From Eledone cirrhosa (taxonomy: Eukaryota), in contig OZ024747.1 of the NCBI GenBank assembly GCA_964016885.1, positions 30,814,001 through 30,878,000 of the forward strand: a stretch of 64,000 nucleotides of DNA. Reading direction: 5' to 3'. This document shows, one piece after another, positions 25,185-38,829 of the stretch (its first letter is position 1; every line of letters begins with the position of its first letter). The notes under the pieces are model-generated. The model did no database searches. It was not told the origin of the DNA and saw only the letters and a list, made by a program, of their open reading frames with translations. Position numbers and translations under genes: made by a program.

Positions 25185-25820
25185 TCTATATATATAAAAC
25201 TGAGGATGTCTGTGTGTGTGTGTGTGAGTTTGAATCCCTAAACTCGAGAAGTACCCAACCGATCTTTTTCAACCTTTACATGTGTATTACTTATGTTTCA
25301 GGGAGTGTTATGCACATAAAAAATTCAACTTTTTGATCCCCTAGGGCCCGCATTAGGTGAAAAACTACATTTTTCAGCTTTTTAGGGGGTTTTTGACGCG
25401 TTACATCAGACCGATTTCCTTGAAATTGTAACTATATATTAGTCAGTCTTTTCTTCATATCGTGAGCAAAGAAAATCCAACTTTTTTATGGCCTAGGGCC
25501 CGCAGTAGGTGAAAAACTTCATTTTTTTCAGCTTTTTAGGGCTTTTTTGAGACGTTACGTCTAACCGATTTTCCCGAAATTTCAAGGCATATTATGCACA
25601 TAAAAAAATTCATTTTCTTGATCCCCTAGGGCCTGCATTAGGTGAAAACCTGCATTTTTACTGCTTCATCGAGTAAAATCTTTAAAATTATCCAGCCATC
25701 AGAGTATTCGGTTTATTTTCTTTATATATTGTCCAGGCATGCAGTTTTTCCACGATTAGGTCTGCTGGCAACCCGTGTTCCAAAATACCTTATCCCAAGC
25801 AATGCCAGGTACCACTGCTA

Positions 25821-25821
<1 letters not shown>
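25185..25821 (+). mobile_element. Non-autonomous Helitron
   Basis: 5' tctatatatataaaactg identical to the start at 9587; 3' cccaagcaatgccagg..ctgCTAG; three internal ctagggcc(c/t)gca.taggtgaaaa repeats. Confidence 0.85.
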
Positions 25822-25900
<79 letters not shown>

Positions 25901-26065
25901 GTATATATAACCGGTAAAACTTAAAACCAAAACTGAATACTAACCAATACCATTACTAATGTTTACTTATTCCTAATTAAACTATTTTTCACTGGGAACA
26001 ATTTGTCAGCATTTCTTTTCCGTTTACCAATATATCATAACTTGTGTGTTACACCTCTATTCTTT

Positions 26066-26104
<39 letters not shown>

Positions 26105-26320
26105 CGTGTGTAACTTTGCGAAGTTTCCGTTAATTTATGTGAGAAAGAAACGTGAGTTTTCAGTTAAATTTTATATTATTGTGTAATTTGACCCCCCTTC
26201 TGGACCTTCAGGTGGTGGGTCAACTCATTTTCGCCCCTACAGGGGCGAAATATTCGTTTGAAAAAAAAAAATTTTTCTCCATCGAATTTTGGAAAAAAAA
26301 TATTATAAGTTTGATTACGT

Positions 26321-28273
26321 TATGAACGCTGCGTTCAACGATAATGGTGGTGGAGAGTCGGTAAGACTACCAAGCTCGCAGTCAACATCGTATTCTTCCC
26401 TTTCCTTGTCAATAGACACTATAGAGATGGAAAGACGAAATGAAAATGTAAAAACAAATTCATATCCAAACAACAGAAATGACACCAAACAGTTCAATGA
26501 CAACAAAAATAACAGCAACACCAATAATGATGATAAAAACAACAATGATAACAACAAAAAATAAAAAAATAAAGACAACACCAATAACACCAGCGTCAAA
26601 GACAACAACAACACCAACACCAAGGAAAATACGAATAATATCAACATCGGTGACAACAAGAATAACAACAACAATAACAACAATAATGACAACACCACCA
26701 ACACGGATAATTCCACAAAGAAACCAAAATCTCCTTTGCACAGACAGTTCAGAAAAAGGAGGAACTGACATATCTCGACATAACAAATGCCGAACAACTT
26801 TTAAAGGACGCTAGGAGATATGTCACTTTCGAAAAAAATGGTGCTTTCAGCATCAATTCTCCGGTAGAAATTCGCAAGGAAACTGCTCTCAGAACGATAG
26901 TTTTTAGGACAGTTTCCAATTCTACCCGAAAACCAGTCCAATTGTCACAGAAAGAAATTGAACTGGTTTTCAAAAGTTCAATGAATGATATTGCATTCAT
27001 TCAAAGAAGCAAACTTTTTGGGAGTATTTCGGTACTCATGAAGGATCAATTGACGGCCCAAAATTACTGTGTCGCCAATTGTATCCAACCTGTACACCTT
27101 TTTCCCTACATACATGGGGAAAAGGACACAAAAAAATCAAAATCACGAGTGTCACACCAAAGGTGAGATATGGTGGATACTGTGCGGCTTCATCAATTTT
27201 GATGAAGACAGAATACTGTCAGTAGGAAAGTTCCCCAGAGATGTATTCAATGGGACTAGCATTGAAGTTCTGGTGCAAATGAGCCCAGAGCGAATAGCTA
27301 TGATCCCACAACGTGTACTCCTGGACGGACTCACCTACATAAACTTTTCGGTTGAGGGTAGGCGGCCTTCATGTTACCATTGCTTTAGCAGGGGTCACCT
27401 GAGGGCTTCCTGTCCTAAATTAATGAGTAAAAAGAGGCTCGTCTGCCGACACCCATCAAAACAACACAACCACCAACACCACCACAACAACAACAACACC
27501 AACACGCAAAAATAACCACAACAAACACAGTCCCACCCAACCCCACTCCACCTAAAACCACTGCAAAATCACATACAGACACAACAGCTCCCCAAGACAT
27601 ACCCCTCCCCAATCACACAGACGATACAACAGATGAGGCTATCTCGCCATCACCCAGTGAAGATGAGGGAGAACCCTATCGCTCGAAAAGAAAGAAAAGA
27701 CATCACAAAAGCAAAAAACCAGCAAACACTACCACAAACATACAACCACCAACACAAACAACAAAAACATCACAAACAAAACCCCCACCTCCTGGAAACA
27801 AAATACCTACAACAAAACGAAAGCACACACAAGAACTACAGACAAAAACAAACACAACACAAGAAAATTACACTTACACTTACATAAACACTGAAAACAA
27901 AACACTAATGGAGACCATCACGAACGACCCTTCGGTGAAAACCGAAGGGAAAACTTTCGCCCACTCTATTAAAAATAACAAAAAACTGAACCTAAAACTG
28001 ATTAGGGTCCCTATACAAACTTATAGGTCCCTAAAAGAAACATTTGAGAAGGATGTGGGGAATTCCTGCGTGAAACCACTTAACCGCGTCCTTCTCAAAT
28101 GTCTCCCCACCCCAGACACCCCCATCCCACCAGACCCCACCCCACCAAACATCTCCGTCCCCACCCCACCGGAAACCACCACCCATCCAGACAACCCCTC
28201 CAACACCCCCATGGAAATCGTGCAGCCTGGTCCCCAGGAGACGAAGGGTGAGCGATCTCTTTTCCTCTTTTAA
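26321..28273 (+). pseudogene. Tx1 ORF1 (Asn-rich N-terminus, zinc knuckle, Pro/Thr-rich tail), frameshifted
   Basis: VEGRRPSCYHCFSRGHLRASC (CX2CX4HX4C). Confidence 0.8.
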
Positions 28274-28288
28274 CTTTTCAGCACCAAC

Positions 28289-31200
28289 ATGGCCAATATA
28301 AGAGTTGGGTGTGTGAACGTACGCGGCCTGGGGATGCCCTGGAAACAGGGCAAACTCTTAAATGACCTCAGGTCGCACAGTATGGATGTGGTAGCCATTT
28401 GCGAGTCCAGGATCCACAGCTGGCCCCCATCTTCGATGACTTTGAGATCTACGCATCTCTCTGTCAACCGGGGGTGGGGGCGGAGTTGCCGTTTTGCTGC
28501 GGAAACACCTGGGCCTCGTAACACAGACGGTACATCTGAACCCGGAGGGTCGACTGGTGGTCCTAGACGTTGACGGTAGTGAAGGTGGAGCCTTCAGGCT
28601 GGTGGCCGCATATGCCCCATCCGGGACACCGCGTCCAGACTTCTTCAAACGTCTAGAGACTTTTCTGGGAACGTCCCACTCCTTGCTTTTAGTGCACATT
28701 GGGACTATGTGGGAGCATGTCCCGATAAAGGGGAGTGTAACAGCCTCAAACAGTTAATCGACCGATTTGACGTGGCCGATAGATATCGACTAGATTTTCC
28801 GACTGCGCCACTGTGGACGTGGACTAATTATAGCGGAACATCGCGATCGTACCTAGATAGGGTTCTAGTTAGAAATAAGAATAGGGACATGTTAAGCTGT
28901 CCACAAATGTTCATGGTTGCCTATTCAGATCACAAACTAGTGACCTGCATGGCCAACCTTGATAGAACCCATAGACAAGGACCCGGCTACTGGAAGCTGA
29001 ACTTGTCGTTACCGACAAGCAAAGCCTACAGTAGACGGATTAGCACTTTAGTTAAACAGCACTTGACAGGAGCCATTGTCAACAACAGATGGTGGTACTC
29101 TCTCAAGAGGGCAGTTAGATTAGACTCGTTAGTTTTTAGTAAAGAATTAGCGTTAGATAGAAATAGAACCGAGAAGGAACTGGTAGATAAAGTAGAAGAG
29201 GCAATTAGAAGTGGCAACGTAGCCAGCGTGGTAGCAACGAGAACGGCCTTGGACCAGTTCTTCGACGCAAAGCACGAGGGCTGCGTTGTCAGAAGCAAAA
29301 TACGTGCTCTGGGAAACGAGGGAGCCAAAGCTGTTAGCTTGGCCCGAGTGACGGAGGCAAAAAGTGGCAACAAGTCCACGATTCGGTCTTTGAAGGACCA
29401 AAACGGATGCGTGATACGTGAGCCGAAGCAGATGTGTGCGGCCTTTCAGCAGCACTTTGCTCAACTGTTCGGGCGGGGCGGCGCGCCGGGAGGGGCTATG
29501 GATTTCGGTCCATACCTCGACGGCCTACCGCCACTCTCGGACAGCGAGGCAAAGTTCTGCGAAAAGCCGATTTCAGCCGCTGAGATAGGGGACGCGCTGA
29601 GCCATTGCGGCAAACGCAAATCTCCAGGTCTCGACGGTCTACCCTACGAATTTTACGTAGCAATGCCGGACTTATTCTCCGGTCTACTGCAACTGGCAAC
29701 AGAACGGGACAATTCCCAGTTCTATAACCGGGGGCGTGGTCACACTAATCAGGAAGGACGAGAATAAGGGGGATGACATAGGAAACTTCCGGCCCATAAC
29801 TCTGCTAAACACAGAGTTACAGATTTTGGCCAAGGTGTTGGCAAAGAGGCTGGCGCTTGTCGTCGAGAACCTGGTGGGAGAAGCGCAGACATGCGCAATC
29901 CCGACCAGGTCCATACACGACAATCTCCACCTCATACGATACATCATAGAGAGGGTAGGGTGTAAAGCTCGAGGCGGCAGGCTTCGGACCCGTGTTCAGG
30001 GGCTGGATTGCTGCAATGCACAACAGCAACATCTGCTCAAGGGTCAAGGTGAACGGCTACCTCTCGGAGCCGTTCCATATTACGCGATCCATTCGACAAG
30101 GATGCCCTCTCTCCTCCCTTCTGTACGTACTGACTCTCGAGTCACTACTGCGGAGGTTGGAACTATTGCAGGGCATCCCTCTGGAACCGGGACTGCGGAA
30201 AGCGGCGTCGGCCTACGCCGACGACGTGACAGTAATGGTGTCGAGCGCCTCGCAAATCGAGGAAGTCGGCACCTTACTGAAGGAATACGAAAGTTTCACA
30301 GGAGCGAAGCTGAACCGGGACAAGTCCATCGGTTTGCAACTCAGATCGTGGAGAGGCAAACCGATGGCTTCCGAGTCTGGTTTGGTCCGGACATCCAGGT
30401 GGAGAAGAACTGGAACGAAGTGACGGCCAAGGTGGTTGCACTCACCCAGAAGTGGGCCGAGTGAAAACTATCCTTGAAAGGTCGAGCGGAGGTGGCGAAC
30501 ACTTTTATAGCGTCCGCCATCTACTACCGCTTGACCGTCGTGCCTTGTCCAGCCAAAATGCTCGCCAAAATGGAGCGCGCACTCTTCCAATTCCTTTGGA
30601 AGAGACGGTCTCCTTTGGTGAGAAGATCCATCTGCTGCCAACACCCTTCTAACGGAGGGCTGGGGATGCCGTGGTTGACGATGCTCAAACACGCGCTCAG
30701 GCTGCGGCATCTCTACGTATTCCTCACCGGACAACCGGTGTGGGCCCCGTTCGTGAGGCGAGCCTTCCCACGACTCGTCTCGCTGACCGAGCTGCAGTCC
30801 TGGGTCAAGCAAAGACCGAGGAAAATGGGCGACTGGCACATCGAATGTGCTCAGGCGCTCACAGCCCTCTGGCAGGAAGACCCGACGATCAGTGGAGACT
30901 CCACTTCGTCATTCTATAGAGGGTTTATCCGCAGCAAGTGCGACGATGCGCTCGGTGAAACTCTAAGCGTAGAGGAAGATGAACTGGCCAGTCTGTTCGG
31001 TAGGACCTTCCGCCCGGGACCGATGGACAACTTCCAAAAGTCCCTGGCCTGGCAGTGCTACCGAGGAGCTCTACCAGTTCGAGACAAGCTCTACAGACAT
31101 GGGTGCCCAGGCAGGGACCCTGCAAAAAAGATCTGTCCGAGGTGCGTGCGAGACGAAGAAACCACCGCGCATGCATTCATACACTGCCCGGGCGTCACTG

Positions 31201-31550
31201 ACCTGTGGGGCTATGTAGAACGACTATTATCGCGGGTGGGACCAATCCGGTTGACCACCGAGTCCATTGTCATGATCAAACCGCCACCCTCCTTCAAAAA
31301 CGAAGGAGAGGCGGTTTTCCTTTGTGTGATAACTATGGCGAAAGAGGTTGTATGGTGGACAAGGTTGAAAGGGCTGAGGTCAGACACCTTTCTCTCCGGC
31401 CAACAACTGATTCTTTTTTTCAAATACCACTTGGGAAGAAGAATCAGGATGGAGAGAGAGGTGCTGTACCCCAGCAAGTTTTATGAAAGGTGGGTGAAAG
31501 TGGCGAGAATGGCCCGAGTGAATGGGCCTTCTCTCTATATCAGCCTGTAG
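28289..31550 (+). pseudogene. Tx1 ORF2 (APE endonuclease, RT, C-terminal zinc finger) with frameshifts and deletions
   Basis: NVRGL, YAP, YLDR, SDH, GYWKLN, KSPGLDGLP.EFY, FRPITLLN, IRQGCPLS, YADD, GGLG, CPRC..ET..HAFIHC. Confidence 0.93.
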
Positions 31551-32037
31551 GTTGAGGAAAAGGAGGAGGAGAGGAAAGGAGTACAAACTCTTCGTACTCC
31601 TGGAGATGAGGGTTGCACATTTTTTCGGCGGTATTTGTTACCCATATAATCTGTCTCCCTCTATTGGGGAAAATCGACTAACTTTTTAAATTGCATTTGT
31701 GATAACATTTTACACGTTTTTATTGTATGTAAACTTCCCCCTTTGTATTTGTCCCCTTCTTTTGTGCCCCTGTGGCTAATAAAGAAACATATCTATCTAT
31801 CTATCTATCTATCTATTTATCTATATAAAATGTATTATTATTATTAGTATATTTCAATCTAGCTAACTTGGTCATTTACAATACAAACATGAATATGTTG
31901 GTATTTGTGTTTATCAAATATATTAATTTATATTAACTTGTATTACACGGCTCAGAAATACTTCTTTCTTTGAGCTATTTCATTGTAAAAGACTGCCTGA
32001 GTTTTAAACTCATTATTATTGATAGTATATATATATA

Positions 32038-32081
<44 letters not shown>

Positions 32082-32084
<3 letters not shown>

Positions 32085-32455
32085 TTTTCAAATACCACTT
32101 TGGAAGAAGAATCAGGATGGAGAGAGAGGTGCTGTACCCCAGCAAGTTTTATGAAAGGTGGGTGAAAGTGGCGAGAATGGCCCGAGTGAATGGGCCTTCT
32201 CTCTATATCAGCCTGTAGGTTGAGGAAAAGGAGGAGGAGAGGAAAGGAGTACAAGCTCTTCGTACTCCTGGAGATGAGGGTTGCACATTTTTTTCGGGGG
32301 TCTGTGTTACCCATATAAACTGTCTCCCTCTATTGGGGAAAATCGACTAACTTTTAAATTCCATCTGTGATAACATTTTACACGTTTTTATTGTATGTAA
32401 ACTTCCCCCTTTGTATTTGTCCCCTTCTTTTGTGCCCCTGTGGCTAATAAAGAAA
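32082..32455 (+). mobile_element. 5'-truncated copy of the same Tx1 element inside an (ATCT)n tract
   Basis: Near-identical to 31414-31787; (ATCT)n on both flanks. Confidence 0.93.
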
Positions 32456-32479
32456 TATATCTATCTATCTATCTATCTA

Positions 32480-32535
<56 letters not shown>

Positions 32536-32705
32536 AAAGAATTCATATCTAGTAACATATATATACATACAGATGCATATCAATGCTAGCAAATATATAG
32601 GTTTTGTCTTAATAACAGTGTGGTTCAATGCATTAGTTGGAAGTGATATTTTAGTAAGAAAGTTAATTTTATAATTTTACGTCTCTTATATATATATATA
32701 TATAT

Positions 32706-32763
<58 letters not shown>

Positions 32764-32852
32764 GGAAAGTTATATTTAAATTGTTGGGTTAACAACGAGT
32801 AAATATTTATAACTGATATAAAAGCACTCAACAAGTATTTGGAGTATATTTA

Positions 32853-33400
<548 letters not shown>

Positions 33401-33404
33401 TAGA

Positions 33405-33613
33405 GAGGCACATGGCTTAGTGGTTCGACCATTGGCCTTGCAATCGAAAGGTTGTGAGTTCAATTCTCAGACCGGTTGATGTGTTGTTTCCTTGAGCAAG
33501 ACACTTTATTTCACATTGCTCCAGTTTACTCAGCTGTAGAAATCAAGCCAGAATTAGTTCTCGTCCCACCCTGGCAAGCAGGGAAAAGCGGACGTAAAAT
33601 GATGATGATGATG
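33405..33613 (+). mobile_element. tRNA-derived SINE (family B) with an RTE-like tail
   Basis: A box tggcttagtgg, B box gagttcaattc; ends gcagggaaaagcggacgtaaaa(tga)n like the RTE 3' ends at 37200 and 50150. Confidence 0.85.
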
Positions 33614-35750
33614 ATATACATTCACATATATGAAAGGATAATTTATTCCTTAGGTGATGACTACCCTCCAAGGATTCATTTGATTGTTATACCTGCATAT
33701 ATGACTCTTACCTGTTATTATTAACCCAAGGATATTCAAAGTATATCTTTAGTGGTAATGATAGTAAGAAATATAAGTCAGATAACAAGTTTATAGAGAA
33801 ATATATGATAAAAGTACACTTAACCCACATATGCCTGTCAGTAAATATTCTATAAATATGGTTGTTGATAAAAATGGATAATAAGTAATAGAGAGGGGAG
33901 TGGAAGAATGAGGAAGTGATAGAGGGGAGAGTGAGAGAAAGAGTAAGTGATGGAGAGTGGGTGAAAAAGCGAGTGAGAGAGACGAGCATGGAGAAAGAGG
34001 GAGTGAGAGAGAGGAGTGTGGGAGAAAGAGAGTGTGATAGAGATGAAGAAAAGACTTACAAAATTTGAAGTTAACAAATGAAATAAGCTATGACTACAAA
34101 TTCAGCAAATATAAAAAGTATGAAAAAAAAGGAAATATGCAAATGAGACAGTAGTTGCACAGTTAATAGAGATAAGCTATACTGTGGTTAAACTGACAAA
34201 AAGGGGTCCCATACTGTAAATACAATAACATTTTTCCATAAGCAAAACAGCAATGTTAGGCAAAATAGATTACTTCTTTGAGTCTTCACTCTCCAGTCAA
34301 CTATATACAATTGAAAAACTAACATTAGAAAGAGATTGCAGTTGAAAACCACCTGATCCATCAGCTATTGCTTTTTTAAAATCTATTAAGTTGGAAATGG
34401 TGAGGACCACTAGGTGATCAAACACTTATCTAAGGAATCATCATCCAACATATGTGACCAAGGGAAAAATAGATAAAAAAACACAAATAACACCAACATA
34501 GTGACATAGATCTGCACTGTGTGTTTTCCAATAAAGTTTTCATAGGAAACAAAATCTATCTAGAATCAAAGCTTTACTTGATCTTTTGAGAAATCTAGAG
34601 ATTGATATTTTAAAGTAGCCATTTTTCTTAACAATCTTCCTTCACAATAGCTTTAATCTCACATCAACCCTTACTATATTCGGAAATCAACAAAGGATCT
34701 CAGTTAATCTGCCTTACAAACCATTTATATTTTCACCACATTTTGTATCTGTCCCCTAGAAACACATTAGCAAAGCTATCTCTAGAATCATGTTTTCTAC
34801 AGCAATGTAGGGAACAAGGACTCTTTCGGAGTAAACTCTCGTATATATGTGTGTGTGTGTGTGTATATATATATATAATGTGGGTGTGTGTGTGTATATG
34901 TATGTGTGTGTGTGTATGGAAGTGTGGTTGTAAACTTTGCTTGGAAACCATCATGTTCCATATTTGATCCCACTGTGTAGTACTTTGGGAAAATACATTC
35001 TGTTATAGCCTCAGGTTAACCAATACATTGGAAGAGGAATTCTATAAACAATAACTGTGCATTAGGCCAGTATGCATGTGTGTGTGTCTTTTGCTAATGC
35101 ATATTGGTGAATAATATAAATAGCAGTGATAAAACTGAAGAACCAGTATTTTACAAATGCTGTTCTTTGAGATATTTGTTCTGCATCAAGTTACAGACAC
35201 CCCCACATGAATCTCAATGTCAAAAATGTTGTGAACCTGTGTTTGGTCTATTGGTAATCAAAAATGCTGTTGGTTGCAAATTGCACTATGAAATATATTT
35301 TCAAAATACAGGTATAGCTCACCCCATGTCATTAATAAGTTCCAGAAGAATTCAGTTTTAACACAAATGTCAAATCAATCCCCTTATGAATTGTTAATAT
35401 GCATACCCTACATTACTTTTTGCTGATATCTTAGCATTTATTTAAATGTGAATTTATACGTTTTATTGTTTTTTAGTGTTTTTTATTGTTTAATATTTTT
35501 GGCACATCAACGTAAAGTTGAGTCGTTGAACATAACAGGAATTTTATATTTGCCATATAATATTAAGAAAAATTGCTGTAACTACGAAAAAGATGAAACT
35601 CAAAATGATATAAATCGATGTATATATAAGATTCTGTTTGATAGCACGTGACTGGTTATATGACTGAACAACCAACCACAATTGTGAAATATCTATATAT
35701 ATTATTGTTAATAAAAGACTTAACATCTAAACCATACTTTGCATTTTTCT

Positions 35751-35792
<42 letters not shown>

Positions 35793-36914
35793 TCATCATC
35801 ATTTAATGTCCATTTTCCATGCTAGCCTGGGTAGGGTGGGCTGGTCGAAGGACCATGTTCCGCTCACACAAAACTGATTTTTGCTTGGTTTCTATAGCTG
35901 AATGCCCTTCACACATATATATATACATACACATTCACATATATGAAAGGATAATATGGCTATGTTAGCTCAATAGTCTTTTAATAAGAATGTGAAATCA
36001 TGAAAGAAAAAACAAGTAACTCACATTTAAAGCTCTATTAAATTGCACAATATATGTAGTGTAGAAGTCTTCAACTTTTACCTATCCATATGGACTCTGA
36101 ATTGTATCTGAACTAAACTAGATTGATGTGGTCTTGCTTTCACATGTGATAAGCTAATGACAAAGCTTTATTTGGAAAAATCTGTATGAATACTTATTCG
36201 GTTAACGATTTTATTTGACCATTCATTTTGTTGTATTTTTTAATGAATATATTAGGATATAATAGACTGTCTGTGTTCTTTTGTTCCTATTTAACTGATT
36301 AAGTCTGCAAGTTGTTTGTAAATTAACTTTTTTTATGAATAACTTTTGAAGTAAATTACTGTTTAGTGAGTTAGTGAGGCATTTATAATGTGTATCATTT
36401 CATGCTTAAAGAACATTTATATACTAAATGGGGGATAAAAACTTAAGAAAAATTAATTAAGTGTATAAATAGATCAAGAAACCTTAGTATTGTTGATCAA
36501 ATAATTAGTCAGAAGGGAATGGCAACACAAAGCTTAGTGGTTAAACTAAAGGATATTTAGTCATATAATCATATCCAATCGAATTGTTCTTATTACTAGA
36601 TTGAGCATAATGGTTGATAAATAAAGTGAAATATATTTGATGATTAGTAATAGTTGTCAGATTAGATTTATTGCTATGAATATACTATAAAAGTTAACCC
36701 TGATATATTGACCTATGCTATATTGTGGACCTTTAAGAACTTAACCATAACTTTTTCCATTCACCCTTGTGGTGTGCGACCGATTATCACACTTGGTGGT
36801 GAATTGATCGTTGTTTTTTTTTCCTTTTCATTTTCTCTTGCTTTGATCAAATATTTTTGTGCATTATATTTGTGAGGTTAATTGTATTTATTGTATGTGT
36901 TTATACAATAAACA

Positions 36915-37228
36915 CATACACTGTGAAAGAGAAACTGTGTATAAGAGGGATAAGTTGTAGTGTGCGGGAAAGAAGACTGCGTGGGTATGGACATGTAATG
37001 CGCATGGAGGATGACCACTGGGTAAAGAAGTGCCAAGAAATCCCAGTAGAAGGAAGACGCTGTCGAGGAAGACCACAACAAACATGGGAGAAGGTGGTGA
37101 GAGCTGACCCCAGATCGCTGAAGCTCACGGAGGAGATGATGAAGGACCATGACGAATGGAGAGATGCTGTGCTGAATAGGACCCGTCCCACCCTTGCAAG
37201 CAGGGAAAAGTGGATGTAAAATGATGAT
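36915..37228 (+). mobile_element. RTE LINE 3' fragment
   Basis: RRLRGYGHVMRMEDDHWVKKC..RGRPQQTW followed by the tail. Confidence 0.85.
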
Positions 37229-38737
37229 AATGGTTCTGTAAAAATTATAAACAATTTGTACATTATTTATATAACTGGGAATAAAATATGAAAAGAACAA
37301 ACATGATATTGGTGAGATTAATGGACCCCTTAAAAATAAATAATATAATAATAATAAAAAACAATTTACAGTTGTTTTAGAAAGTCCCTAAACACTAGCT
37401 TTCCATTTTATGCTTTTGACTTTTGCCATAACTTTATGAATTGCCTAATAGCGTATAGAATAGATAAAATTGGTTTCAGAAATTGTAGTGTTTTGGAAAA
37501 GGTATAAAATACTAATTTTTGGAATGAGATTTGTCTGACAGAGCTCAAGCATCAGAGATAAAATGTTAAGAGCAAAGAGAAATATAACTTTTTGTGTATT
37601 CTCAGGTCCCAAATAATAAGGGGTCATCAGTAATTTTTCTAGGTTGCCTCCCTTGATTTTTATAGAACACAGAATTAGAAAAAGTGTTTATTTTATAACA
37701 TAAAATTTCTTGTAATGTTCTTTTTGGTCATGTATGATGTTTTTTAATGTCAAAAGAAAATTAATTATTGCAAGAATGCTGCCACTTAAAATAAAATTTC
37801 CTTGGAGATAGATTAGCTAAATTTGATAAGCAAGGGGCTGGAAAAAATCTGAAAAGGTGGGGGAAGGGGGGAGTGATTATTTGTGAGCTAATAGTAGTTG
37901 CTGAACCAAGACAGATAAGAAACTGAATGTTATATAAATGATTAGGTTTAGATCCCAAGAGACCACTGGTTTTATGATGCAAAACCCCATGTTTTAAAGT
38001 GTTTATTTTAAAACTAAAGCCTTCCATCAGAATTTATTGGAAGAACATTTTGTTAAGTTATTTTCTAATGACCAAAAGTTTAGTAAAATGACAATATTTT
38101 TATCATTATTATAAATCTGGTGTTTGGTACATAACAAAAGAATTCCCTTTAATTTTTCAAAACCACATAATTGGTGTCTTTCATTAAATATGGTCACAAA
38201 AGAATTAAAGTATCATGTTTTATCGAACGATCTGATCAATCGTCAAAAGCTCTGACCTAATTTGCAAGCCAAGTGTGGTGAAACTTGTGAAATTGGACCA
38301 ACAAAACAATGTTTCCATTGGTCTTTCCATTGCTGATATTATCTACTGGTTGCAACTCCTGTTTTAGAGGATAGCAGAGGTGCAATCACTGAATAATAAA
38401 TATACCAATGATATAGTTGTTGGTGACATGACAAAAGGTGCCCAGCCCACACTGTAAAGTGGTCATGTGGGTGTCACAATAAAAAGCACCCAGTCCACAT
38501 TGTAAATGTACTTGGTGTTAGGAAGGGCATCCAGTCATAGAAACCAAGCCAAAATCAGTTCTGTTTGAGCAAGACATGGTCCTCTCACCGTGCTTGGCTT
38601 AACAGGACAGCCCAGCTAAACTATGTTAGCATAGCAAATAGACATTAAACAGTGATGACGATAATGATTATTAAACATTAGAGCAAAATATCAAAATTCT
38701 TTAAGGAACTCATTTTCTAATTACTGGTTTAAGTAAG

Positions 38738-38829
38738 ACTTCTAGCAATAGTATCAGCCATATATTAACTTCTAGCAATAGTATCAGCCATATATTAACT
38801 TCTAGCAATAGTATCAGCCATATATTAAC
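38738..38829. repeat. 30-bp perfect tandem repeat, 3 copies
   Basis: acttctagcaatagtatcagccatatatta three times. Confidence 0.9.

Larger units (their letters stand above)
26101..31787 (+). mobile_element. Full-length decayed Tx1/L1-clade non-LTR retrotransposon
   Basis: 5' UTR after (TA)n, ORF1 with a CCHC knuckle, ORF2 APE-RT-CCHC, 3' AATAAA followed by (ATCT)n. Confidence 0.92.

Noticed and set aside
33405-33473. tRNA gene
   Set aside because: The tRNA-like head continues into a SINE body and RTE tail; no complete cloverleaf
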